Below, piece after piece: positions 10,106 through 19,503 of a stretch of 64,000 nt of DNA. The notes below the pieces were generated by a model. The model saw nothing but the letters and a program-made list of their open reading frames with translations, was not told the DNA's origin and searched no databases. The position numbers were made by a program, and so were the translations under genes. Positions within the stretch are counted from its first letter, which is position 1. Every line of letters begins with the position of its first letter. Source of the stretch: Candidatus Omnitrophota bacterium (GTDB taxonomy: Bacteria; Omnitrophota; Gorgyraeia; Zapsychrales; Zapsychraceae); contig JANQMA010000026.1 in assembly GCA_028280285.1 (NCBI GenBank), positions 64,822-128,821 of the forward strand, written 5' to 3'.

Positions 10106-11439
10106 TGACGGTTAAACAACGGACAATTAAAAAAGAAACAACCATCTCAGGCATAGGTTTACATACGGGTAATGAAATCCATTTGACACTTAAACCGGCC
10201 GCCGAGGATTTTGGTATCACTTTTGTCAGGGTTGATCTAGAGGGCACACCGGCGATTAAAGTATGCCCGGAAAGTATTTCGGACCATTCGGAACTGCCCA
10301 GATGCACATCGATCGGTGTAGGCAATGCGCGTGTGCATACGGTTGAACATTTGATGAGCGCGCTTTATGGCCTTGGCATCAATAACTTAATTGTTGAAAT
10401 TGACGGCAACGAGCTTCCCGGTCTTGACGGTAGCAGTAAAGAGTATTTGGAAGTATTGGAAAAAGCAGGTATTGAAGAACAGTCGAAGGATGCAGAGTTT
10501 TTTACCGTACGTACACCGATCGGTGTGACCGATGGTGATTCGGCTATTTATATTTTTCCTGCCGACGAATTTAAAGTAACTTACGCGCTCAGCTATGACC
10601 ATCCTTATTTAAGATCGCAGTTTTTTTCCCTTGTTGTTAATGAACAAACTTACAAAGAAGATATCGCCCCTTGCCGGACATTTTGTTTGGAAAGCGAAGC
10701 TAATCAGTTAAAAGAGTTGGGATTGGGTAAAGGCGCGACACATCAAAATACGCTTGTGATCGGTGATGACGGGCCGATTGATAATACACTGCGTTTTGAT
10801 GATGAGTGCGTTCGTCACAAGATATTGGATTTCATTGGAGATCTTTATTTGCTGGGAATGCCGATCAAAGGGCATGTCTATGCGACTAAAAGCGGACATA
10901 AGGCGAATTTTGATCTGCTTAAGAAAATATACAAACAACATGTAAAGTCTAAGGAAAAAGGCATTATTGTCGGCTATGATTATGGCGATAAACCTGAGAT
11001 CGATATTGCCGGGATTATGAAGATTTTGCCGCATCGTTATCCGTTTTTATTGGTCGATCGCGTTGTTGAAATCGAGAAGGGTAAAAGCGCGGTTGGCATC
11101 AAAAATGTGACCATTAATGATGGGTTTTTCCAGGGGCATTTCCCCACCAAGCCGGTTATGCCGGGTGTTTTGATGATTGAGGCCATGGCCCAGACGGCCG
11201 GGGTTGTCATATTGACGAACGAACAGCACCATGGTAAGGTAGCATTTTTTATGGCCATTAATAATGTGAAATTCCGCAAAGTCGTTGCCCCGGGAGACCA
11301 GTTATTGATGGAAGTGAATATTGTCCGGGATAAGAGCAAAACAGCGCAAGTCCATGGGATAGCTAGAGTTGGCGACCAAATCGTGGTTGAAGCCGATATG
11401 ATGTTTTCTTTTACCGATGCCTCGTATCTTGATGAATAA
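10105..11439 (+). CDS. lpxC: Bifunctional LpxC-FabZ fusion
   Basis: GIGLHTG, TVEHLMSAL, RHKILD (LpxC) then LPHRYPFLLVD, GHFP, PGVLMIEAMAQ (FabZ). Confidence 0.95.
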   Translation: MTVKQRTIKKETTISGIGLHTGNEIHLTLKPAAEDFGITFVRVDLEGTPAIKVCPESISDHSELPRCTSIGVGNARVHTVEHLMSALYGLGINNLIVEIDGNELPGLDGSSKEYLEVLEKAGIEEQSKDAEFFTVRTPIGVTDGDSAIYIFPADEFKVTYALSYDHPYLRSQFFSLVVNEQTYKEDIAPCRTFCLESEANQLKELGLGKGATHQNTLVIGDDGPIDNTLRFDDECVRHKILDFIGDLYLLGMPIKGHVYATKSGHKANFDLLKKIYKQHVKSKEKGIIVGYDYGDKPEIDIAGIMKILPHRYPFLLVDRVVEIEKGKSAVGIKNVTINDGFFQGHFPTKPVMPGVLMIEAMAQTAGVVILTNEQHHGKVAFFMAINNVKFRKVVAPGDQLLMEVNIVRDKSKTAQVHGIARVGDQIVVEADMMFSFTDASYLDE

Positions 11440-11444
11440 GCCTC

Positions 11445-11465
11445 TGTGAGCTACGCAAGCTCACA
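11445..11465. other. Short intergenic hairpin
   Basis: tgtgagct-acgca-agctcaca; no U-tract. Confidence 0.4.
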
Positions 11466-11525
11466 CGGCCTAACAAAACTGACTTTTTGGTTTCAAAGGG
11501 CCTTGATCTAGGTTACAATAACCAT

Positions 11526-12311
11526 ATGGAAAACTTAAGGATACATAAAACAGCCATTATTCACCCAGGAGCTGAGCTGTCTTCAGGGGTCACGGTCGGG
11601 CCTTATTCGATTATTGAAGAAGGGGTTCGCCTAGGGGATAATGTTCGGGTGGGGAGTCATTGTGTGATTACAGGCCAGACAATCATTGGGCGTAATACAA
11701 AGATTTACACCGGTGCTGTTATCGGTAGTGCTCCACAGGATAAAAAATATGCCGCTGATGACAATGTCTTCTTAAATATTGGCGAAAATAATGTTATCCG
11801 CGAATATGTCACCATGAATCCCGGCACAGCCCAAGGCGGGGGGAAAACAACCATCGGTGATAATAATCTATTTATGGCCTATTCGCATATCGCCCATGAT
11901 TGCATTATCGGCAATCATTGTGTGATGGCCAACAGTGCGACTTTGGCCGGGCACGTTACCTTGGAGGATAATACCGTGATTGGCGGCTTAAGTGCAGTTC
12001 ATCAATTTGTGCGTTTGGGGCGTTTATCGATTGTAGGTGGGTGTACAAAAGTTATTCAGGATATACCGCCGTTTTCGATGTGTGTAGGGCATCCGGCCAA
12101 AGTCATTAAACCTAATACGATTGGTCTTAAACGGGCAGGTTTTAAAGATGACTTAATTAAAAGGCTTAATCTTGCATTTAAAATATTATTCCGTTCAGGT
12201 TTAAGTAAAACAAACGCGATCGAACGTGTTGTCAAAGAGATCGATCAATGCCCTGAACTTGAGCATTTGATTTTCTTCTGTAAAACGACTAAACGCGGTC
12301 TTTGCAGCTAA
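11526..12311 (+). CDS. lpxA: UDP-N-acetylglucosamine acyltransferase
   Basis: PQDKKY, IREYVT, HIAHDC, LAGHV, HQF; start taken at ATG 11526. Confidence 0.96.
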   Translation: MENLRIHKTAIIHPGAELSSGVTVGPYSIIEEGVRLGDNVRVGSHCVITGQTIIGRNTKIYTGAVIGSAPQDKKYAADDNVFLNIGENNVIREYVTMNPGTAQGGGKTTIGDNNLFMAYSHIAHDCIIGNHCVMANSATLAGHVTLEDNTVIGGLSAVHQFVRLGRLSIVGGCTKVIQDIPPFSMCVGHPAKVIKPNTIGLKRAGFKDDLIKRLNLAFKILFRSGLSKTNAIERVVKEIDQCPELEHLIFFCKTTKRGLCS

Positions 12312-12334
12312 CCAAAACCTTTCCTTTTAACAAT

Positions 12335-13144
12335 ATGAGTCAGAAAATATTAGGACTTATTGCCGGCAGTGGAAAATTTCCTTTTGCGTTTGCAAAGAAA
12401 GCAAAAGAAAAAGGTTATCATGTTGTGACCGCCGGCATTAAAGGCGACACTTCTTTTTTCTTAAGATTTTTTACCGATCAAATATCGACATTTCCCGTCG
12501 GAGAATTGGATAAAATATTTTCTTATCTGCGTGATAGTGGTGTTAAAGAGGTTATTATGGCAGGTCAGGTGAACCCAAATAATTTGTTTGAAGAAGATTT
12601 ACATCTTGATCAGGAATTTACAAAATTATTTGCCGCCATTAAAGATCGTAAGGCTGATACCATCTTTGCCGCGCTTGGTGAAAAGTTAAAAGACTATGGG
12701 ATCAAATTGATTGATTCAACGTTTTTGATTCAAGACCATCTGGCGCCGGCATGTGTTTTAACACAACGTAAGCCCACGGAAAACGAAAATGCCGATATTG
12801 AGTTTGGCCGTGAAATCGCCAAAGCGATGGGGGGCCTTGATGTCGGACAGACAGTTGTTATCAAAGATAAGGCGATTGTGGCCATTGAAGCAATGGAAGG
12901 AACGGATAAAACCATTTTAAGGGGTGGCCATATTGCCCAGCGCGATGCGGTTGTTGTTAAGATGAGTAAGCCCAATCAGGATTTGCGTTTCGATGTGCCT
13001 GTGATTGGTCCGCGCACCATCCGTAATATGAGACGATCCAATGCCAGTTGTATCGCGGTCGAGGCCGGCAAGACCATCATTATTGACCGCGATAAGACAA
13101 TTGATCTGGCGGATAAAGCGGCTATTTCGATTGTGTCCCTTTAG
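12335..13144 (+). CDS. lpxI: UDP-2,3-diacylglucosamine diphosphatase LpxI
   Basis: GLIAGSG, DVGQTVV, AIEAMEGTD, KPNQDLRFDVP. Confidence 0.93.
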   Translation: MSQKILGLIAGSGKFPFAFAKKAKEKGYHVVTAGIKGDTSFFLRFFTDQISTFPVGELDKIFSYLRDSGVKEVIMAGQVNPNNLFEEDLHLDQEFTKLFAAIKDRKADTIFAALGEKLKDYGIKLIDSTFLIQDHLAPACVLTQRKPTENENADIEFGREIAKAMGGLDVGQTVVIKDKAIVAIEAMEGTDKTILRGGHIAQRDAVVVKMSKPNQDLRFDVPVIGPRTIRNMRRSNASCIAVEAGKTIIIDRDKTIDLADKAAISIVSL

Positions 13145-13241
13145 TTTTCTTCTTCGAAAAAATAATTACAAGAATCTTCCGATAAGTCTATAACACTATG
13201 TTTTCCAATAATTTATGATTTTTTGTGTATTTTTATCTTCA

Positions 13242-13270
13242 TTGACACCTATTATCATTTAACTTATAAT
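13242..13270 (+). promoter_or_regulatory. Consensus sigma70 promoter for the lysS operon
   Basis: TTGACA-17 nt-TATAAT. Confidence 0.85.
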
Positions 13271-13347
13271 CATTTGTCTATAGTAATAATAGTATTAAAG
13301 TATACGTTAAATATTAATTTAATAATTTTAAATAAAATAGCAGTATT

Positions 13348-13419
13348 GATGCTAGATCCTGGATGCTAGATGCTTGTGTGGCTAGTACAACTAGCATCAA
13401 GCATCTAGATACTAGCATC
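13348..13419. repeat. Heptamer-unit inverted repeat, GATGCTA family, in lysS 5' leader
   Basis: gatgcta-gatcctg-gatgcta-gatgctt ... tagcatc-aagcatc-tagatac-tagcatc. Confidence 0.9.
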
Positions 13420-13446
13420 CAGAATATAGAAAGCAGGTTTCAGCTA

Positions 13447-14904
13447 ATGGAAGTGGATGAATTAAAACAGGTTAGATTAGATAAACTTAATAATCTAAAG
13501 GAGTTAGGCATTACTCCTTATGGTCATAGATTTGAACGCAGCCACGCGCTTGCGGATGTTTTAAATGATTTTAAGGAAGATCAAAGTGTTGTGGTGGCTG
13601 GACGCATCATGGCCAACCGTAAACATGGCAAGGTTATGTTTATGGACCTTCAAGACCAGACGGCGCGGATGCAGCTTTTTGTCAAGAAAGATAACTTAAC
13701 GGAAGAGACATTTGCTTTGCTTAAAGAGCTCGACATTGGTGATATTATCGGTGTTAGCGGAGAGACTTTTGTGACCAAGATGGGGGAAGAAAGTCTGCGG
13801 GTCAAAGATCTAACGGTTTTATCAAAGTCCCTTTTAACACTACCGGAAAAATTTCATGGGCTTAAGGATGTTGATACGCGTTACCGTCAACGCTATGTTG
13901 ACTTAATTATAAATAATGATGTGCGCGATGTTTTTATCAAGCGCAGTAAGATTACCTCACTGATCCGTAATTATCTTGACGGGCAAGGTTTTCTGGAAGT
14001 AGAAACGCCGATGCTGCAGACAATGGCAGGCGGCGCGCGCGGCAGACCTTTTAAGAGCAAACATAATGCTTACGGTTTGGATGTTTTCCTGCGTATAGCC
14101 CCGGAGCTTTATCTGAAGCGTCTTTTAGTCGGGGGGCTCGAACGTGTTTATGAGCTTAACCGTAATTTCCGTAATGAAGGTGTTTCCACGCGGCATAATC
14201 CGGAGTTTACTATGCTTGAAGTATATCAGGCCTACGGAAATATTGAGGATATGATGAACCTGACGGAGAACATGATCAGTTCTTTGGCTCATGAAATCAC
14301 GGGCTCCTATAAAGTGACATTTGCCGGTAAAGAAATTGATTTTACGACTCCCTGGGAGAGACGTTCCTTTGCACAAGTGGTTAAAGATAAATTTGACATT
14401 AATCCTGAAGATAATGCCGAAGCGATGCTTGCCAAAGTCAAAGCTGTGCGTGGCAATGTGAAGGTTGAGACGCTGACCAAAACAGCGATAATGAATATCG
14501 TCGAGGAGGCATTAGAAGAGGATGAGATTACCAATCCCGTCTTCTTCACCGATTATTTTACATTTCTTTGTCCGCTGGCCAAGACACGTCCGGATAATGC
14601 GCATATATCGGAACGTTTCGAGGTGTTTGTGGCCGGTATGGAAATCGGCAACGCGTATTCCGAGCTGAATGATCCGCAGGAACAGAAGGAAAGGTTGTTA
14701 GAGGATTTGGGAGAAGATTTAGAAACAGGAAATCGAACGATTGATGAGGATTTTGTCAATGCCCTGGAATACGGCATGCCGCCGGCCGGAGGACTGGGCA
14801 TTGGTATTGACCGACTCGTTATGCTGCTTACAAATTCACCGTCAATCCGGGATGTTATATTATTTCCGCTTATGAAACCAGTAGGGCATGACGAGGAGAG
14901 CTGA
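13447..14904 (+). CDS. lysS: Lysyl-tRNA synthetase class II
   Basis: RYRQRYVDL, LRIAPELYLKRL, FRNEG, HNPEFT, GIGIDRLVM; start moved to ATG 13447 because the ORF extension is repeat-derived. Confidence 0.97.
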   Translation: MEVDELKQVRLDKLNNLKELGITPYGHRFERSHALADVLNDFKEDQSVVVAGRIMANRKHGKVMFMDLQDQTARMQLFVKKDNLTEETFALLKELDIGDIIGVSGETFVTKMGEESLRVKDLTVLSKSLLTLPEKFHGLKDVDTRYRQRYVDLIINNDVRDVFIKRSKITSLIRNYLDGQGFLEVETPMLQTMAGGARGRPFKSKHNAYGLDVFLRIAPELYLKRLLVGGLERVYELNRNFRNEGVSTRHNPEFTMLEVYQAYGNIEDMMNLTENMISSLAHEITGSYKVTFAGKEIDFTTPWERRSFAQVVKDKFDINPEDNAEAMLAKVKAVRGNVKVETLTKTAIMNIVEEALEEDEITNPVFFTDYFTFLCPLAKTRPDNAHISERFEVFVAGMEIGNAYSELNDPQEQKERLLEDLGEDLETGNRTIDEDFVNALEYGMPPAGGLGIGIDRLVMLLTNSPSIRDVILFPLMKPVGHDEES

Positions 14905-15305
14905 TGGAACTTATTTCTTCAGAAAATATCACCCGTGATTTATTGCGGGCACACTTTGATCAGGCCTATTTTAATACCGGGCTTGATGATAAGGGAAGTT
15001 TATTTGTTAAAGATAAGTTTAAGATTTATATCGATGTCGGCAAGAAAAAACAAAACGTAACCTTTAGTGTCTATTTTAACTTTCAAGACGGCGCGGTTGA
15101 AGCCGACCGGAAAGTCCTGGTTGAGATTATTAATGCGAGTTTGATGCAGGTTAAGGCGGTGCTTTCGAAAAATATTTTGACGCTGGAATATGATCTTTGG
15201 ATTGAGGGGGGCGTTCAGCCTAAAAATATTATTTTGGCCTACCGCGGTTTTGTTTCACAAATCAGTGCCGCATTGGCCAAAGATGAAAAACGTGTTTTGA
15301 AGTGA
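14904..15305 (+). CDS. YbjN-like (T3SS chaperone-fold) protein
   Basis: Size and pattern (IN...KA, LEYDLWIEGGV..KNI) resemble YbjN family. Confidence 0.55.
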   Translation: MELISSENITRDLLRAHFDQAYFNTGLDDKGSLFVKDKFKIYIDVGKKKQNVTFSVYFNFQDGAVEADRKVLVEIINASLMQVKAVLSKNILTLEYDLWIEGGVQPKNIILAYRGFVSQISAALAKDEKRVLK

Positions 15306-15323
15306 GATTTGAAAAAGATTTAA

Positions 15324-15391
15324 TTGTTGTCTGTTGTTAGTTGTTTGTTGTTGGATTTTCAAACTAACAACCATCAACTAACACCCAACAA
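15324..15391. repeat. Heptamer-unit inverted repeat, TTGTTRG family
   Basis: ttg-ttgtctg-ttgttag-ttgtttg-ttgttgg ... ctaacaa-ccatcaa-ctaacac-ccaacaa. Confidence 0.9.
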
Positions 15392-15401
15392 CTGGAGTTT
15401 T

Positions 15402-16595
15402 ATGAGTTTTGAAAACTGGGTCAGCCGTAAATACACCCGCGCTAAAAAAGAAAAGTTTTTAGCATTTCTCAATATTATTTCGATTGTCGGTGTGGCGATC
15501 GGTGTGGCTTCGCTCATTATTGTGATCTCTGTTATGACAGGTTTCGGCAATAATTTGCGGGAAAAAATTATCGGGACCATGCCCCACATCATGATCGATA
15601 AAGAAACGCGCATTAATGATTTTAATCAAATCATTGTTCAGCTGCGTGATATCAATGGCGTTGAAGGGGCCGCCCCGTATATTCAAGGCAATGTATTTTT
15701 AGAAACGACGCAGCAGGCGGTCGGTTTGGTGCTGCGCGGGATTGATCCACAACGTGAATCGGGCGTGACATACGTTCATCAATATCTTAAAAAAGGTTCA
15801 TTGACAGACTTAACGGACGAGACGGTTATTATTGGCGAGGAGTTGGCGCGCTATTTTAATCTAACAGTCGGAGATTTTGTTACGTTTATTGCCCCGGGCT
15901 CAGGACTTGCGGGAGAAGGGTGGCGCTATAAACTGAAGGTCGCCGGTATTTTCCGCACCGGGATGATTGACTATGACATGAATTTGGTTTTGACCGATTT
16001 GGCCCAGGCACAGACCATTTTTCAGTTTCCGGATAATATGTCATCCGGTATTGGGCTGCGTTTAAAAAATCCTGAGGCGGCGGATGCCATAAAGAAAGAT
16101 ATCTATGATGTGATTGGTTATAAATTTATTGTCAGAAGCTGGATTGATATTAACCGCAATCTATTTGACGCATTGTTTCTTGAGAAGTGGGGATTGTTTA
16201 TCATTTTGACGCTGATGATTTTAGTCGCGTCATTTAATATTATCAGCACGCTTGTTGTGACGGTTACCAGTAAAATAAATGAGATCGGCATTCTTAAAGC
16301 AATCGGTGCACCAGCGTCATCGATTAAGAAAATTTTTATTAATCAAGGGATGCATATCGGTTTATACGGCATATTTTGGGGCGTTTTAAGTGGCGTTGGA
16401 TTTTGTTATGTGCTCGGTAATTATGTGAAAGTACCAGAGGCTATTTATTCGATTGACCGTGTTCCAGTGGATGTTCAGTTCTATGACATGGCAGCCATCA
16501 TATTGGCGGCAGGGCTAATTACGTTTTTTTCAACTATTTATCCGGCATCAAAAGCGGCAGCTATGCAGCCTGTTGATGCCCTGCGGTATCAGTAA
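15402..16595 (+). CDS. lolE: Lipoprotein-releasing ABC permease LolC/E
   Basis: GVAIGVASLIIVISVMTGF, EIGILKAIGA, YPASKAA..PVDALRY; start ATG 15402. Confidence 0.9.
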   Translation: MSFENWVSRKYTRAKKEKFLAFLNIISIVGVAIGVASLIIVISVMTGFGNNLREKIIGTMPHIMIDKETRINDFNQIIVQLRDINGVEGAAPYIQGNVFLETTQQAVGLVLRGIDPQRESGVTYVHQYLKKGSLTDLTDETVIIGEELARYFNLTVGDFVTFIAPGSGLAGEGWRYKLKVAGIFRTGMIDYDMNLVLTDLAQAQTIFQFPDNMSSGIGLRLKNPEAADAIKKDIYDVIGYKFIVRSWIDINRNLFDALFLEKWGLFIILTLMILVASFNIISTLVVTVTSKINEIGILKAIGAPASSIKKIFINQGMHIGLYGIFWGVLSGVGFCYVLGNYVKVPEAIYSIDRVPVDVQFYDMAAIILAAGLITFFSTIYPASKAAAMQPVDALRYQ

Positions 16596-16603
16596 GGGCG
16601 CAT

Positions 16604-17284
16604 ATGATACTCGAAGCCGTCAATATTCACAGGTCGTATGCATATGACGACAATGAAATAGAAGTTTTGAAAGGAATTGATTTTAAGGTTAAAGCCGGCG
16701 AGGTCGTGGCCATTATTGGTCCGTCTGGCGCGGGAAAATCAACGCTCTTAAATATTATCGGTGGATTGGATCAGCCTAATCAGGGAGAAGTATTTGTTAA
16801 TCAACAGAATGTTTACGGATTGACAGAGAAAAAAAGGGCTGAGCTGCGTAATCAAAGCATCGGTTTTGTCTTTCAGTTTTATTATTTGCTACCGGAGTTA
16901 ACGACGCTTGAAAATGTTGTTTTACCGGCACTCATCAAAGACAAAACAGATAAATTTGCTGAATACACCGAGCAGGCAAAAGAATTACTCGATTGGATGG
17001 GCCTTTCAGAGAGGCTTAAGTCCAAACCGAATCAACTCTCTGGAGGTGAGCAGCAGCGCGTGGCCATGGCGCGTGCTTTAGTGAATCAACCGCAGCTCAT
17101 TTTGTGTGATGAGCCGACAGGAAATTTAGATTCGGCCAGTGGTAAGGAACTCATTGATTTGTTATTTGCCTTTAATAAAAAAAATAAACAGACCTTTGTT
17201 ATTGTGACACATGATGAAAATATAGCGCAGTGTTCTCATCGTCGCGTACATATTAAAGATGGGTTGTTGGTTGACGATCAATAA
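16604..17284 (+). CDS. lolD: Lipoprotein-releasing ABC ATPase
   Basis: GPSGAGKS, GFVFQFY, LSGGEQQR, DEPTGNLD. Confidence 0.9.
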   Translation: MILEAVNIHRSYAYDDNEIEVLKGIDFKVKAGEVVAIIGPSGAGKSTLLNIIGGLDQPNQGEVFVNQQNVYGLTEKKRAELRNQSIGFVFQFYYLLPELTTLENVVLPALIKDKTDKFAEYTEQAKELLDWMGLSERLKSKPNQLSGGEQQRVAMARALVNQPQLILCDEPTGNLDSASGKELIDLLFAFNKKNKQTFVIVTHDENIAQCSHRRVHIKDGLLVDDQ

Positions 17285-17493
17285 TTGAGAATTGAGAAAG
17301 AAAAAGTAAAAAAGAAAATTTAAAAGTTAAAATTTAAAATCGTATTTAGTAGTTAGTAATTGGTAATTAGAGATTGCAACCCCGAACCAATTACTAATTA
17401 CCAACGACTAAATACCAAACACAATTTAATTTTTTAATTTATTTCAATTTTTCATTTTCTTTTTTACTTTTAATTTTTTATTTTTACATTTTT
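17283..17493. repeat. Nested inverted repeat: outer A-rich/T-rich ~7-nt-period arms enclosing inner GTAATTR heptamer arms
   Basis: Inner gtattta-gtagtta-gtaattg-gtaatta (17342-17369) and caattac-taattac-caacgac-taaatac (17388-17415); outer aaagaaa-aagtaaa-aaagaaa-atttaaa-agttaaa-atttaaa versus a T-rich mirror. Confidence 0.85.
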
Positions 17494-17507
17494 ATAGAGA
17501 GGACATC

Positions 17508-18371
17508 ATGAAAGTATATCTCAACGGACAATTAGTTGATAAAAAAGATGCGAATATTTCGATATTCGATCATGGTTTTTTATATGGGGATGGTGCGTTC
17601 GAAGGAATACGTTCTTACGGCAGTTTTGTGTTCAGATTAAAAGAACATATTGACCGGCTTTATGAAACGTGTCATTCGATGATGATTGACATTTCTCTGA
17701 CAAAAAAGCAAATGGAAAAAGCGATCCTTGATACTCTTAAGGCTAATAAATTAAAAGATGCCTATATTCGTGTTATCATAACGCGCGGTGTCGGCGATCT
17801 AGGTTTGGATCCGCGCAAGTGCAATGGCAACGCTAGTATTATCGTGATTGCCGATAAAATCACTCTGTATCCGAAGGAATTATATAAAAAAGGGATGGAG
17901 ATTATTACAGTACCGACATTGCAAAACGGACCTAATGCGCTCAACCCGCAACTTAAGTCGCTGAACTACCTGAATAATATTATGGCCAAAGTGGAGGCCA
18001 GTAATGCCGGATATAACGAAGCGATTATGATGGACGATCAAGGCTATGTTACCGAATGCACGGGGGACAATATTTTTCTGATTAAAAATGGTATTTTGTC
18101 GACCCCGGTTCAAGGGCATTTGAAAGGCATTACCCGGCAGGCTGTTTTGGATATTGCGAAAAAAACCAAAGTTGAGATTCGCGAAAGCTTTATCACGCGA
18201 CACGAAGTCTATATTGCTGATGAGTGTTTTTTAACCGGAACGGCAGCGGAAGTAATACCGATTGTTAAAGTCGATGGGCGGACTATTGGCTCCGGCAAAC
18301 CGGGTAAGCTCACATTGGACTTTATCGATAAGTTTCATGCGTTAACGAAAAAGGATGGGGTTAAGTATTAA
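17508..18371 (+). CDS. ilvE: Branched-chain amino acid aminotransferase
   Basis: DHGFLYGDGAFEG, KSLNYLNN, GITR, FLTGTAAE. Confidence 0.95.
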   Translation: MKVYLNGQLVDKKDANISIFDHGFLYGDGAFEGIRSYGSFVFRLKEHIDRLYETCHSMMIDISLTKKQMEKAILDTLKANKLKDAYIRVIITRGVGDLGLDPRKCNGNASIIVIADKITLYPKELYKKGMEIITVPTLQNGPNALNPQLKSLNYLNNIMAKVEASNAGYNEAIMMDDQGYVTECTGDNIFLIKNGILSTPVQGHLKGITRQAVLDIAKKTKVEIRESFITRHEVYIADECFLTGTAAEVIPIVKVDGRTIGSGKPGKLTLDFIDKFHALTKKDGVKY

Positions 18372-18373
18372 AT

Positions 18374-18448
18374 GGATTTTGGCCTTGGGGGTTGGGACTT
18401 AGGACTTAGAATCCAAGTCCCAAGTCCTAACGCCTAAGTCCCAGGTAC
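18374..18448. repeat. Heptamer-unit inverted repeat, GGACTTR family
   Basis: ggatttt-ggccttg-ggggttg-ggactta-ggactta ... caagtcc-caagtcc-taacgcc-taagtcc-caggtac. Confidence 0.9.
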
Positions 18449-18455
18449 TAAAATT

Positions 18456-19502
18456 ATGGATAATTTCATCGACAATACAGGGCAGTGGCTTAAGGGTGAG
18501 GGTGCTCATTCGGACATTGTTATGTCATCACGCATAAGGCTTGCGCGTAATCTTGCGCAGCATCCGTTTCCGAGCAAGGCCGGCAAAAAGGAATTAACCA
18601 AATCCCTGGATGTTGTCCACAAGGGCATGGAAGAAGCGCATCTGCTTAAGAACTTTTTATTTCTTAAGATCAATGAATTGGATAATGTCGATAAACAGTT
18701 TCTCATTGAGCGTCATTTGATGAGCCACGACCATGCAAGTAATACAGAAGGCAAGGCGCTTGTCGTGTCCAAAGATGAATCATTGGCGATTATGGTCAAT
18801 GAAGAAGATCATCTGCGTATTCAGGTGATGCATTCGGGCTTTGATTTAGAGACGGCCTGGAAAACCGCTGATTCGCTCGACGATGAGCTTTCGGGCAAAC
18901 TCGATTTTGCCTATGATATTAATTGGGGTTATTTAACCGCATGTCCCACGAATACCGGAACAGCTATGCGCGGCAGTGTGATGATGCATTTACCGGCGCT
19001 GGTTATGACCAAACAAATTAATAAAGTTATGGCCGCTGTATCTAAACTTAACTTCGCTTCACGCGGTTTTTACGGCGAAGGGACACAGGCGAGCGGAAAT
19101 TTTTATCAGATTTCTAATCAAGTGTCACTCGGCCATAGTGAAGGTGATGTGATCGCCAACATTAACGGTCTTATAAGTCAAATCATTGAACAGGAAGAGC
19201 AAGCCCGGCAAGCTTTGCTTGTGCAAAATCGTCCGATGTTAGAAGATAAAATCCATCGTTCGTACGGCATCCTTAAAAATGCTTATATTATTTCCAGCCA
19301 GGAAACAGTCGATCTATTGTCTATGCTGCGTTTGGGTGTGGATTTGGAAGTTGTTAAAGACATTGACCGCCCGTCGATCAATGAACTTTTGATTACCATT
19401 CAGCCGGCACATTTGCAAAAGATTGAAGGAAAAAAACTATCCGCATCAGATAGAGATATGAAAAGAGCAAGTCTTATACGTGAAAAGTTAGGAGGCAAGT
19501 AA
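18456..19502 (+). CDS. mcsB: Protein arginine kinase
   Basis: [29 protein letters not shown]; precedes clpC. Confidence 0.95.
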   Translation: MDNFIDNTGQWLKGEGAHSDIVMSSRIRLARNLAQHPFPSKAGKKELTKSLDVVHKGMEEAHLLKNFLFLKINELDNVDKQFLIERHLMSHDHASNTEGKALVVSKDESLAIMVNEEDHLRIQVMHSGFDLETAWKTADSLDDELSGKLDFAYDINWGYLTACPTNTGTAMRGSVMMHLPALVMTKQINKVMAAVSKLNFASRGFYGEGTQASGNFYQISNQVSLGHSEGDVIANINGLISQIIEQEEQARQALLVQNRPMLEDKIHRSYGILKNAYIISSQETVDLLSMLRLGVDLEVVKDIDRPSINELLITIQPAHLQKIEGKKLSASDRDMKRASLIREKLGGK

Positions 19503-19503
19503 A

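Noticed and set aside
10105-11439. LpxC-FabZ fusion as a novelty
   Set aside because: Well known in Bacteroidota and other lineages.
13363-13446. N-terminal ORF extensions on lysS (also lolE 15324-15401, ispF 26002-26028, tsaB 34145-34204)
   Set aside because: They are translations of repeat or intergenic DNA; conserved protein sequence begins at the downstream ATG.
18372-18455. No ctsR/mcsA upstream of mcsB
   Set aside because: They may lie elsewhere in the genome; cannot be judged from this window.
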